This document shows, piece by piece, positions 13,702 to 28,700 of a stretch of 64,000 nucleotides of DNA. Position 1 is the stretch's first letter. Each line of letters opens with the position of its first letter. The notes under the pieces are model-generated. The model saw only the letters and a list, made by a program, of their open reading frames with translations, did no database searches and had not been told where the DNA came from. The DNA lies in the NCBI GenBank assembly GCA_012295275.1, contig CM022665.1:31744001-31808000 (forward strand), read 5' to 3'. This DNA is from Chrysomallon squamiferum (taxonomy: Eukaryota; Animalia; Mollusca). A program made the position numbers and the translations under genes.

Positions 13702-16700
13702 TAAAATAAAATAATTTAAAAAAATAATAATAATTTAAAAAAAAAAAAAATATACAAAAAAACAAACATATTCAAACATTTACTGATTAATACTGGGGTT
13801 ATTTATCATGCAGTCAAGAGATATATTTTTTTCTGCTATCCATGAAAATGTAAACTGACAAATAAAGAAAATCTAAACTGTATATATAGTGAATATGCAA
13901 CTACAAAACTATAATGTAAGCCATTAGCAGTATGATATTCAGAAGTTATTCTATGATGACATATATACTGCTGTGTTACGTTGCTTCTGTTTGTTAACTA
14001 ATAGAAATATCTGTTTACATTCTGATGGCAAGTTTGACACTATGTGCTTAGTAGAACATGCTCGGAAAATGCAGCTGACATTCATCATGCATTATCTCAG
14101 ATTTAAAAATGTATTCAGTAATTACCAGGAGTGAAAAGAACAGTTACAAAGTTCAGAAAAACAAACTTGTGTCAGTTTTGACTCATATGTTTTAAAGTAC
14201 TGGCTTAAGAACATATCTTCCCTAACTAGTACTCCTAGCAGCTCTTATCCCAACAATTCATAATTATACATTTTACATTTATCTTTACTTATTATAATTT
14301 TTTTAATAAACATATTTTTTTAAATAAATATGTCATAACTGAAGACACCATGATCATAGTTTATTTTTATAAACTTAAAAAATATAAAAAATGTTTGTTT
14401 GTTTAAATGTAACATTCATTCAGATTTTGAAAAAATAAAAATATAAAAACTTGCATTACACAAATCCAAACAAAATAAAGTAAAATTATAAAAGATAAAA
14501 GAATTCTACTTTTAAACAAATCTTGAAATAATTTTATCAACTGTCTAGGTGTAATAAATATGATACATTTCATGAACAGTAAAATTCTACTTTACAATTT
14601 CTAGTAACCTCAGTTCATGGTTTGTTAAAACCCAATCTAGTGATGACAGTTATAGACACATTTTATACTGGCAAACCTTTGAACATGTTAATTATTTTAC
14701 AGATATTAGCAGCACCAGAGAATGTCTCTTTCAGACTATGAGCATAAACATTTTATGAGCTCAAATATTTACCTCTCTGCTGGCAGTGAAAACAAGCCCA
14801 TTATTTTGAAGAACATATTCATTTCAAAGGGACTCAACTCCAGCACTATCTCTTAATGTACATTCTGGATATAGTCCAAACAGCTGGATTCAGTTGTTCA
14901 AACATTTGTTAAATTAAAATAACCTGTGATTTGTTAACAACAGTGATTAAAACAAAATAAATGGAAAGAAATATTTCTGAAACAACACCCCAGCATGCTG
15001 ATTATTATCACAGTGAGGTATTAACAAACAAATATGATACTGTAAAAAAAATGTAAGAGTGTAACTGGTTTGATGAGTTACACAAAACAGCACAAAAATA
15101 CAAACACACACACACAAAAAACAAACAAAAAACAACAAACAAAATGTATTATTATTCAGTTGTTATGCAGTAACTCAGTCATTACAGGACAAATAAAACA
15201 TGATCACATGGTCAGTTTTCTTTAGTGCACCATTGGCTATATTTCTAATTCCAGCCTGTACAACAATGGTTTGTAAATGGCTATGATAAATGCTAGACTA
15301 CTGAGAATTAAATCCATATAAGACCTGTTGTTGGTGTGTACAAAAGTATCCAGTATGTAGCTTTTTCCCTGTATTATTTTATTTAATAACAATAATTAAA
15401 ACAAAGAAAACATAAACTAATAGAAATATTAAATATCTAAAATACAGCTTTGGAATTTGGTTTCATTTTATACATCATACATGAATGTCTTTTTTTTCTC
15501 TCTTTTTGTTTTTCCCTTTTTAAAAAATAAATAAATAAATTAACAGAAACAGCAAGAAAGAATGAAAAAGGAAATATAATGGAAAAAACAAACAACAACA
15601 ACAGCATTAATCACATACATCAGCATATAAAATATCAACTGTTACAATAATTACACACACACATTAAGTAAGGTTGAAAGAAACAAAAATTACTAAGATG
15701 TAAGGTACTTAAAAAAAATAATTTAAAAAATATAAAAAATTAATTAAAAAATAAAAGGTTTCACATTATACCTGCTTATTTATTCAACAGAAATATTAAA
15801 TTTTAAATGAGATCTTAAAGTTAAAAAAAATCTTAATTCTGATAGGTAACGTATTTAAAAAAAAAAAAAAAAATAGCAGGTTTCACCTTGCTTGTTTATT
15901 TTATTTACTCTGCTGAAAGTAGATACAAAGCTTTACTGAAATTTGTTCTATTTTACACAGCCACCAAAGCTTTATTACAGAGAAAGATGAAACCAAAAAC
16001 CTGTTGTGAATGATATGTACAAATAAAGATTGTTTGTGACAGGTGAAGTTCAGGAAAATGAATCTGTCAGCAAGATCACTCTGTTTGATCTGTTTATCAT
16101 AGTTCTCTTTGCACGAATATTGACCAGCCACTGCACACAAAACCAAGCTGTAAGTCTCTGTTAAAGACAGTGGTATTATATTGTCTTTGGATGAAAGTAC
16201 TTTATGTGTTTTTGTCCAAGGATAAAAGGACATTCAGGTGTCCTGTGGTGTTTTTGTGAGAACTGCTACACCTAAGCCATGTATAAATTTAGAAAACAAT
16301 CTGATAATAATCAAGACACCTTTGAATATTTGTAATTTCCTAAATGTTTTATGAAAGACATTTAGCTCTCATCTAGAAGAAGGAATGTAAAAATAAACTA
16401 ATGTTTGTTAAGTGTGTAGATATTAACCACCTACTTGTCAACACTTGTTTTCTTAGAAATAAAAACCGACATCCATTTTTAAAAGTGCTATTTTTCTTTT
16501 GTAAGTAGATGAACTTTAAACATTTTAAACTAGTAGACTATACAGTGATAATGAATGTATGCAACTGTTAATATCTATAACAAACAATTCATTATGAAGA
16601 AAGATTATTTTTATTTTCTAAATAAAGCATTAGCAAAATATTTCCTTTATTTTAGGGTGTACACAAACTTGTTTGACTCATTTTGCCTGAAGCAACATGA

Positions 16701-19700
16701 TGTTATTATATTGTACTACCTGTGATAAATACATTCTTTTATAGTTATAGTATACTAGATCCTTTGTTTCATAAACATTTATTCTTACTGTCAAAATCAG
16801 CATTATGCATATATATAGTTTTAAATTCTTAGCATACTTAATATTTCAAAAAGATTTATATCTGTACTGTTAACAAATTGATATTTTAAATTATTCTGTT
16901 TTTTTTTGGTTTATTTGTTTATTGATGGATTTTTTCCAAATCCCTGAAAAGCCTACTACTTATGTAATTTAACAAAAATACACAACAAACAAGCAAATTA
17001 AGTAATATAGTCTGAAAATTATTTTTGAAATACTGAAAAAAGGAGTATATGTGTGTGGATGTGCACATGGGAATATTGTGACCAGTTCTATTTCTTCTTC
17101 TTTTTTCATAATAAAATGAGAAATGATCTAAAAAATTCTGAGTACTTCCAGTCTAAACTAACATAAAAGTCAATCTTCTTGGGAATATATTATATGAAAG
17201 CTGTAATAAAATTCATTTAATTACATAGATTAACATGTTCAGTAGGTGAATGTGTCAAACTATAAATCAGTTTTAACTGTCTGGCACTGTTCCATTTGTC
17301 TAGTTCTAGTACTGAAATGACACTAAACCAAACTGCCAGGGAATACATACATATCTACAGGACAGCAGAGTGAAATATATCAAATACAAAAGTATCAATC
17401 AAAGAACTAGCTATTGCTAGATCACATAAATTATATTTTATGTTAAGATAATAAAGTTATAATTATATAGGCATTAATATCAAATTTGACAATATAGTCT
17501 GTGAGTTAATTTACATGTCAAATTTTATGTAACTTTAAATTGTCAGTATGGAAATCAAGGCCACTTACCACACAGATATATTAAATTAAAATGAAAAAAA
17601 TAACAATTAAATAGTAAAAAGATACATGCAGGTCTTAAATAAAAGTTGTTTCATCGTGCATTTAATTTGTAAAGTAATCTTGCATGAAAGTGTATACTTA
17701 TCATTTCTCATGTTGAACTGAAGGATTAATGTATATGTAATACTTTATCATATTAATCTACTACACATAAATCAATAAGTGAAAAAACATTCTCAACAAA
17801 ACTATTATATTCCCTTAAAATACTAGTTAAATTTGGTTACTAATATAATATTATACAAGAACTTTATTACTAATTACTGTGTAGGTTGGTCTGACAACTG
17901 AGAATCATATGAATAAATTTATAATATATTTATGAACAGTAGGAATTAAACACTGAACAAAAGCTTGTATTATATTACACAATTTAAAAAAAAAAAAAAT
18001 TTTAAATCTCATTTATAGCTTTTGCCATTATTTTGTTTCTTAGCTAAGAGACCTGGGTGAAATGCAATGTAGTTACAGTACATATATCAAATTAAAAAAT
18101 AAAGATATATTAGAAATAAAACACTTCTTTTATCAACAAACCTGTTGTGATAAATGTTATAACACCATAAAACAGTTCCTAGTGCAAAACAAAACATGTA
18201 CAATTCCTTTTGTTCTTTAACAATAAGACAATTAAATACTGAGAAACTACAAGCTATCAACATTATTATCCAGGGATTCAGTTAACTTTGTTTCATCACT
18301 GAGGTGTATTGTCTATAACCTAACTTCTAATTAACATCATCACTTAGAGAACATCATATTTAATCCAACATAAACCATCAAAGAAATTTATCTTAAGAAA
18401 AAGTCAATTAAGATTAAATTTCATGACACAAGACTGACTAGTACTTAAAATGTATTAAAATTTACATCTAGATTAGTTTCTTTATACTTAAAATTAACAT
18501 GTAACAAACATAATTATGCAAAGACTAAACAAAATTATTTCTCATCAATTAAATGGAAGTCTAATTTTTAAAATTTAATGTGGATATTATTTATTTTATA
18601 AATGTTTTTATTTTAATGTGCTCTTTGCAACTCAGTACAAAAATGTTGAAAGAAAAAAAAACTATCATGATTATATTATATATATATTTAAACATGATAT
18701 GATATGATATTAAAACATCAGTTGAAATTAGTACATTTTAAACAAAATCTAGAAAACACTGTGCTAGAGTCAGACAGAAAAAAGGAACCAGACACAACAA
18801 TGAGTCATCAAGTCCTGCCATTGAGAATGTAACAGCAAAATTCCTCCATTGTCTTCAGGACAATTACCTTTATATCTGCTTTTAACTAGAGAGATCAATT
18901 ATGGTTATGTTGGGAAAAGATTTGCATTTCTAAGAGATGAGAAGACTTCAAAAAAAAAAAAGAAATGTATGTTTTGATAACATATAATACAGTTTATCTT
19001 TAAAGACACAGCTCATAAACATTTTATAGATTTTTACCAACTTTCTCTGATTTCTGTTTTATTCAGAAAGTTAAATTAATGCAGAATCAAATGATCCAGG
19101 GCTTCCATACCTTAATACACAAGTACTCACTGTGACCACATCCTTTCAACTAGCCTATTCAGACAATTCCTGGTTTTCACTGAAATGACATGAGTGTCAT
19201 TACTGTGGCCACCTAAGAAGGCGGTAGGAGCACAAAAGATGCTTTATGAAGAAGTATATATGCATGAATAGACAGAAGTACACAGTTACAGAGAAGAATT
19301 GATGGAAACAAATGGAAGGCAAATACAGTCACGTGCATAAGTAAAAGTATAAATAAATCCACTCATGGTCCAGAACTGTATATAAAGAAAGGAACATACC
19401 ATTATGTAAACAGCCTTCAAATATACTGTGAATAAATGAAATTTATCCTTCATTTAGATTTAAAAAGTTAAAAAGTGTTCTATAAGATACTTTTTTAATT
19501 TTTAAAAAGTGACATATATTATAGTTGTACATCATACAAATGCATTTTAGCTGATTCACTCATTGCTGAACAAACTGAAAACAAGTATCATAGATGAAGC
19601 AGATGAGATTAACTGAAAATCATTTTTATTATGTAAATGTATGTAGCATCTATTCAAAGTAAAATATCTTGGATGTTCCAAATAATGAGAAAACTGAGAA

Positions 19701-22700
19701 AATCATTCCTGCAAATTTACACAGAAAATTTAAGCTTCAACTGTTCTAGCCTGCAACTCTGAGATCTTGATCACAGATCAATACCATGGCTATGCTATAT
19801 TTACCAATGGAAAGCAGCATGTAATCAACAATTCAATTCCTCATCAGATTAGGATGGTCACAAATGTTGCAACCATTGTATGGCAGACTTGCACAATGCC
19901 TAGATCCCTCTCCTGTCTAAGACAAATCAATAGCAATTCACAGGAATCTAACAAATCTTAAGATGCAAGATTCAAATATTCAGACAGTATAGTTATGTAT
20001 ATTTTATTTATGATTTATGTCCCACTTTAATAACAGTTTGAAAATCAAGTTTATATATTCAAGAAAAGATCAGAAAACATGTTATATTATCTAAATAAAA
20101 TTTATAATTCAGAAAATAATAGCAAACATTTTACTTCATAATGACTACTAAAATAAATTACTACCAATTTATGTGTGTATTTACTTTGTATTTATTGTGT
20201 GTGTATGTGTGTGTGTGTTTTATAAATTGCTTTGAATATATTCTTGTGTTATTCTTTAAAAACAATTAGGATAAGGAGTTTCTTTATATGGAATTCCCAA
20301 AGTTCTTTACATCCTCTTTTGTGAACTACTGCATCTGTCTTTTGCTAATAATCCTCATGACTGCTAATTATCATGAAAATGACAAAAAAAAAAAAAAAAA
20401 ATGTTTAGCAATATTTTACTTATGACAGGTTACAATTTTTCACATTATAATTCAAATGTTAATAATGTTAATAATTTTCAAGAACAGTTTTTGGATGTAA
20501 GCAGTAAGCTAATTTACTGAATCAAGATCCTTGTTTGTCTCCAGTTCTTAAATTAAGACTTAAGAATAAGTTGATCAGAATAAATCTATGAGGTTACTCT
20601 TAGTATCAGTATGTGTGTGGGGGTTATTTTCTATTTCTTTTTTGCTTAATATTTAAAATAGGTATGTGCTTGAATATATTATAATTATAGATTTCTTAAT
20701 CATTTTTCATTAGTTTAAGATAAAGCTTTGAATATAATTTTATAACATTTAAAATTATGTTTACATTTAGAATCTAACCAGTCTAATAATCAGGAACTTG
20801 CATAATAAATATACTATTACCAGAAGCAAAAATAAAAGGTCTGGTAAATTTAGAATAGTCATAAAAGACGTCTAGACACACACTTAAAAACTGATTAATA
20901 CTGACACTTCTGAGCTACAGTACTCAGTAAAAAAAAAAAAAAAAAAAAAAAGTAGAAGAAAGAAAGAAAAAAGAAAAGAAAAATCACCAAATTTTAGCAG
21001 AATGCAATTTATTTTACCATTTTTATTCTGCTACTAACAATTTGCAACTCGGAAACTTATTACATGTATACTGATTAGGTGATTTAGCTGCTTCAATTGA
21101 TAAATGAATTTTTGCTGGTTGAGATAATCTTACAAATGGTACTTTTCCTAAGTTATGTGACTGTGGCAAAGGAAAGGAGGTCTCATCAGTATTCAGTCAA
21201 TAATGTCTGAGCTGTGTAAAAGAAACAGTTAAAAAAATGTTATTTATCTGCTTCAAATAGCACAAAAATAATAAAATAAAAACATAGAAATATCAAATTA
21301 GCTAGAAAAAATGCCGGTTATTCTTTGCATAAGAGCAAACCCAAATTTAATATATTAATATTAGCATTCTGGTCTGAACATTTATCTGTTTCATATTATG
21401 ATAAAAATGTTGATGAATTTGTATGTGCAATAATATATATATATATAAATACTAAAAACAAAATAAAAATCCATGAAACAAGGAAACCCAGCAAAATAGA
21501 ATTGTTTTTAAATTCCACATCATTACTTATTAAAACTATGCTCTGCTAAGCATAGTTACACATCTCTGCAAAATATACATAACAAAATATGTATTAAATG
21601 ATGAAAATTTTACATTTACATTTTTAATAATAAAAGTATTATTACCAAGAACTTAAATGTATTATTTTTATTATCATTTACAGTACACAACGCAGTGTTA
21701 GTGAAAAGCACCCCTATTAAATAATATATCTGTGAAAGGTATAATAGTGCATGAAACCAGAAACTGGATGAACACAACTGCTAATAACTCTGCTTGCCCA
21801 GTTTAATAATAAAATGGCGTGACTGCCTACTAAAATGCTTGAAGCAAAGAGATACTTGATGAGAACCTGACAGATAGAACCTCAGTGTCAGTTTTTATCA
21901 CTGTAATCTTAGAATTATGATTGCCTGGATCACTGGCTGTTTGTTTTTAATTACCCACAATCCTTTGAGAGATTTTCCATAATTATTGTACTGTCAAGTT
22001 TAATCACATCAATCACTATTATTCATCACTGTTTTATTCAAATGATAATTATTACAACATAGAATACACATTCTCTGCTGGCATTTCTTTAAATTCAAAT
22101 GTTGCAAATGTTTATTGTTAAAATTATGTAAATATTATTAACTTTTATCATCATTACATGTAAGTTAAATATTACAACTAATTGTACATGTACTACTTTT
22201 TATTTACATTTTAAATGTTATGTCTGTAAACCAAACCAAAATTAACATTATCTATTATGCTTTTATTGCCATTATCATTATACTGGTATTAACAATAAAC
22301 ATGCCATTAGCATATTATCATAAGTTTGATATTGGTCAGTCATCATAACCTCAACTAAGATCCATGTTCAGAAGTGGTTAAACATTCACAACAATTTTAC
22401 CAGACCATTTATCTCTGAAACATTGCACAGACATGGTTTCTGATTAGGATTTAAAGAATGAACACCATGATGCTAGCTCATGGTTGACACTGACAAGTCA
22501 ACAAAGAAATGTACCAGGATAACTTTAACATGTCTCTAATTAATAGCATATGTGTAGCTGTTAGCTTAAGCTGGTACATCTGCAATATATCACATTTAGC
22601 TAACCCAAGACATATTTAGTTCTATAAATTTGTGAATTTTATTGCTAATAACCAATTAACATAATCATAAGAAGTAAAGAAAAAAGTTAATTTATTTACA

Positions 22701-25700
22701 TTGCAAGATTAATGTAAAAGAAAGAAACATGATTCCATACAAAGCTGTTGAAACAGCAACAACCATACTAGTGCATGTTACGGTATACAATAAATGGCAC
22801 TTTAGTGTTAATCTATTTAAACTTAGCTGTACCTTCCTCAAAAAGAACCAACATCTTTTGTAGTGTCTGATACTGTGTTCTGGCATAAGCAGAAGGTAAT
22901 GGATTCATCAAGATTGATCAATCAAATTACCCTCAGGCAAGTTAAGAATTTTATGTTTACATAAATGTAAATCAGTCATTACCATCAAGAATGATGAGGA
23001 TACAACTGTATATGTGCACTATAGCACAATTTGGTAAATGGTTAATCACCACTAAAATTATATACTTCAGACAGATAACAGATTAGAAAAAACACCTGGC
23101 AATACCTTTGCCAAAAAGGAAGGCCTGATATGAAACCTGCATGTTTATGCACACCTACTTCCAAAAGATTTTCTTCCAGTAAAATGTGTTTGTTTTTTTA
23201 ATATTTTATAAAATTAAAATAAACTTTTAAAAAAATAAGAAGAAAGAAAAGGAAAAAAGAAAAATATATGCATGTGCAGCTTGTTAAGTAATGGCCTGAC
23301 CACTGGTAGGTATTTAAAGTGATAAACTTGAATCAAAGTCAAGTAGGGGTCCATTTAAGACTATGTATTGTAGATATTAAATATTTAAATACAACGATCC
23401 ACATTTACAAGTAAATTTAAAACATATTGAATTCTGTCATGAATTAAAACAATATATAATTATGTTGAAAGTTTGGTAATTTATTTTATTAATAAAATGA
23501 GAGCCTGAGTCATGACCCAAGTAACCTGATGTCCAGACAAAACCATGCAACACAAAAAAAGATTTACTGGAACCATTAGAATCAACAACTGAATCAAACT
23601 CCCCAGACAGGCTGCATGACATTGCTCACAACAGCACCTTTGGCGCTGGGCAAATATAATGCCTATAGATCAATACACAACTGTCAAACATAGTTGAGAA
23701 AGCGCTCACAAAGCACATTTAATATCAATACTTTATCTAGCTTAACATCTAGAAAGAGGCAATAAAAATCTCTGGAGACAGAAAGAAAAATATGTATCAT
23801 TTTTATGTTTCCACTTAGTGGTTGGAACAGTAATGCTGATACAATACTGTCTGGCGTATTTCTTTTGTAACAAGATGAATGAAAATGTATATATTCATGA
23901 CCAGTCACCAGGAAAAAATCTGTGCCACTTCATATGAAAAAGTTTTATTTCTTACTCTAGCTGTATTAGTATGGCAGCAGCTACTTATAGTTAAATAAAA
24001 CACTGCATATCCTTTCTGGTTTGTCTGTTCAGTGTAACTTCTGTCTAAACCCAGACTAACCTTAAGATGTCTAAATAGTTGTAAGGGAAAAAAAAAGAAA
24101 AGAAAAAAAGACAATTTACATTTTCTGTATATCAGCAGTCTTCACACTATTCAGAACATGATAATATAAAACAAGCAGGCATGTCTGGAATTTATATCTG
24201 TTACAAAATAAGAAATTTAAATGAATCCACATCCATTTCTTTCTGCAGCACATTATACATTATACACAATATAAATTTTATTATTATTATTATTTTTTTT
24301 AATTTACCAAAGAATTTTCCTAGGTGTTCTCTGTATATATATAAACACACACAAACACACATACATACATATATATATATATATATGAAAAAGCTATTAA
24401 ATGTATTTTTAAAATAAATCATTGAATTATTATTACACGTATCATTATTTAAATTACCCAAAACAAAATTTATTTGAAGACTACATTACATCATCAAAGT
24501 CAAATTTGCACATATAAAAGACCATTCATAACAATAACAAATGACTTAAAAGGTAAAATTGATTATCTGCTTTCTCCTTTGATGTTATTTCACTGGCTTA
24601 ATTTCTTCCTTCAGGCTCTTCAATATACTTCCCCAATATAAATATATTATTTTAACTGATATACAGGTCTGATTACAAAACATTACATCAAGGATTTATT
24701 GTGACCCTCAAGCCTTTAGACATTCTAGATGTGTGATCAATTTTCTATCAACAATGATATTTGTACAAAAATAAATTTAAATAATAATAAATCATAATTC
24801 ATAATGAAACAAAAAAATACATTTTTCTTTATCTTTTTTTTTTTTTTCACATGTTAAAGTAAGGTTTATAAGAGTTAAGTATAATTATCATATTTGATTA
24901 AAACAAATAAATCAATCACATTCTTTACTTGTTTTAATAACCAGTATGTAAGTTTGTGTTAGTACAAATTTTAATTAAAAGCAAAACAATTAATATATTT
25001 TTATAATAATTACAATGGTAATTATACATATCCATATAAAAATTGTGATGCAATACGTAATTTTCCAGATCCAGTGGCTGATATTAAAATTATGTATTAA
25101 TGACATCTAAATACACCTTTAATGCAAATTGATCTAAAATTCCTTCTTGCAATTTATCATCATTAAGCACAAACATGAGTCAGCAGTCGATCAATGCATC
25201 CAAATGTCCTTTCTTACTATCATCTGATTACCAATTATTATAATTTTAACAGAAATGTTCTAAATTGAAATTATTATTTTTCATAATCCTCCTTTTTCTT
25301 TATTTTTTGATCAAATGCAAAGTAAAAAAATTAAATCTAAATGACACAGGTTTATTCACATATGATGATTTACTACCTTTTCAACAAAATATTTTTATGA
25401 CAGAGCTGAAGTGTTCAAATCCAAAAAACAGCTCTGCATTATTCAGCCACATGAAAATGTCATTAAAGTTATTTCTAATCTCATTTTTCTTTCCATCAGT
25501 CAATAATGAAGTCAGAAATGACCAGTAATAAAATCAGTAAAATAACCTCGAGTTGTTTCTTGAAATGTCACTAGCAAAAGGCAATGTAATCTGAATGAAT
25601 CAAACTTTATATGACAGAATTATTGTTATAAGAAAGGTCTTAATAATTAAATGTTGGCAATCATGTATATATATATATATATATAAAATGCAGGATATTT

Positions 25701-28700
25701 AAAAAAAAAAAAATGTAATTTAACTTATCTAAAAGGTACTAAAGACTCAGTAAAAATAAAATAAACATAAAAAAGTATTGATTCTCTTGTCTTATGAGTG
25801 GTGGTTTTTAAATTGGTAGTGTGATGATTTAGTTTTCTATAAATCATTAAATGAATATAAATAATATTAAACTTTATGGTATGATGGTGTCCAAATGGAT
25901 GTCAAGGATCTCCCTTTGGATTATAAAGTATAATCAAAAGCAATCGGTTATTATCATAGTTTTGGTAAGATACTAATGAATGTAATTTATTGCATCCAAA
26001 ATTATTAGCATCTGCTCTCCAGGTAAATGTTAAATATTTATGTTGTCAAAAGGTTTATATACTGATTATATCATTATGAGTATGTGTGCCAAACACCACC
26101 ATAATCTGAATGAATTTAATTAAGATATATGACAAAAACACATATTTCTATTTTATTTCCGTATGTACAGTTAAAACAAAGAAAATTCTTTGAAAACAAA
26201 ATTTCAGTTCAGGAATATTACAAAAAGTTGTTTTGCCATATCATGTTTATGATACATGATATTATGAAGAATGTAAATGTAGTGGACATATACATTTACA
26301 GTTATAAATAAGAAGAGAAAAAAAATAACCATTAAAACAATTGGAGTTTTTAACTTTTTTTCAAATTTTTATATTTTTCTTCGAATTAGTATTTTACTTT
26401 TTAAAATCAGGATTATATCAACTTTCAAAAATATCAAACATACATACATATATGTGTCAAAGTTTTCAAACATGAAATTTACCATGCATTATAACAAAGT
26501 TGACAGTCAATATGATATAGAAAATCTTCTTTATTAACAATAAAGTAATATAATGGAGTTTTGTTCAGGGGAAGTCACAATTGGGCAACATGTGGTCCTG
26601 ACAGGCATTAAACCTAAACTGAGTTATTAAACATAAATCCATAAGATGTATCAAAAGATATTAAATAAAAATGCTCAAAGGCACAAAAAGTCAATTTCGC
26701 AGAAAGAAAAAGGTTTAGTATAAGTATCTATGGTTTGGATATTGTAAACATTTTCTTTCAGTTATACCCATACAATATTTATAACTTTTTATTTCACATT
26801 CTTGTGTTGAATTATTTTAACAACAATGGTATAAATTTCAATTGACTACTAATAATTTCAGGTCAGTTTTAGTCCCAATCTTGTTAAATAACTGTGTTAT
26901 TTAAAATGTCTTTTAATCAGCATCATTTAAAATAAGCAGCAGTAACATTTTTTTAATATCAGATTTTTTACAACAAAAAATTAATATGCAATTTTCCAGT
27001 GTTGACTGCTCTTTTAAATTAGTGTTATTAAGAAAAACACTGTCTCAATAACAATGTAGAGAACATAAAAAATCACATATAAACAAAAGTTTTAAATAAA
27101 TCTATATGATAAAAATTTAATGGAAAAATAAAAATATACAGTTTAAACATTTACTAGTTAATCTCCCATATATTTCTGTAAAGTATCAGTTGCCACTGTC
27201 AAGGTGATAAGCACTGGAAAGAAAGGTTTATCGGATGATTTACATGACAGTTTCTAATTGATGATGTCTTTCCTAACCTTCCCAGTGGTCAAGTTGTCTA
27301 TGGTTTTTGTATTGTTATCAGTAGTTGGCTTAATCTCAGGACCCACTCTATCACCAGAGCCATCAACTGCTGGTTCTCAGATCTGACACCTAACATAGTT
27401 ATAGCATACACTGATGAAGTGTTGAACTGCTGGAATGTCTGATTCAGGTCCTCTACCAGTATGGCATACAAAATATTTTGGCCAATATAAAATAAGGTCA
27501 GTTTGTTAAACTATGTGCAATTTTAACTGTTACAAAAAGGAAAAAATAAAATAATAAATACAAATTATATTATTTTTATTACAAGTAATATACTATACAA
27601 ATAAAAATGATGTAATTTAAATATAAGTATGCCTTGAATATGTTTCTTTATCTGTTTGCTTATACAACCCATAAAAATATCCTTGAAGATTAGCTTACTG
27701 TACACCTTACCATAAATGAAAAGAATGTATCTCATCCTTCAGTATACCAGTCACTAGGCATTTGAACACTTACAAGGCCTGTCTTGTAATTAGTCAGCAA
27801 TCTAGCCACTGTGTTATAGCACTTAAGAAAAATATTATTTTCATAACATTTGTATTAAATCATCAAGACTTAACTGTTATAAAACTTTTAAACCTTCAAC
27901 TAAAGTTTTAACATGAAAAGTTGGGTTTACATAGAAAAAGAGAAAAAGAAGCTGTCACTAAGTATATAAATGCCATATAAATGATATAATGCATCTTTTT
28001 TATTTTTATATCTCAAAGTGTTATCATTAATTGTGTAGCAAATGACAATCCATTTCTATCTTAACATCTGAGAGGTCAGAAACAGCTATACTTAGTAACT
28101 GACCTGCGGTCAAGAGATTTAATTACACAAACATTTTCTCTCCAGTTTCCTCAGCATAAATGGATGCTGAATGCAGATGAATACAAGATGACTGGACCAA
28201 AGAGAATACTCTTCATTGTTAACTATTTCAATATTGATGCAGCTGAAACATATAGGCTACTTGTTACAAAGCAGTTACCTCACTGCAAAGCACCCAAGTT
28301 AGTGTCAGATATCGAAATTATTACTATTTTTTTAATTTTAAATACTTTTAAATATGAAATATGTAGTGTTCAGACAGTTTGATTCAAAAACAAGAATCAG
28401 GGCTGTGGATATCTTTATATTATAAAATGTAAATATTTTAATGGCCAAAGCAATAATTCCAAATAATTACCAACACTGTTTGAAGAACAGGGGGGAAAAA
28501 ATCCTAGTGCTGTTTTTTGGTACAGCTGCACAATTTGGCAAATGTACAAGACAAGAAAAACAAATGATTGTCAGCAGTTCTGACAAATAATCATGGAATA
28601 TTTAGAAATTTGCAAGGTAAGGAAGATTAAATCTACTAACACAAAATATGCCAATGTTTACACATGTAAAATTAAAAAAATATATATATATTTATATATT

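Noticed and set aside
15901-16233. 110-aa minus-strand ORF in the long intron
   Set aside because: No recognisable domain, no fitting splice sites, composition typical of chance AT-rich ORFs.
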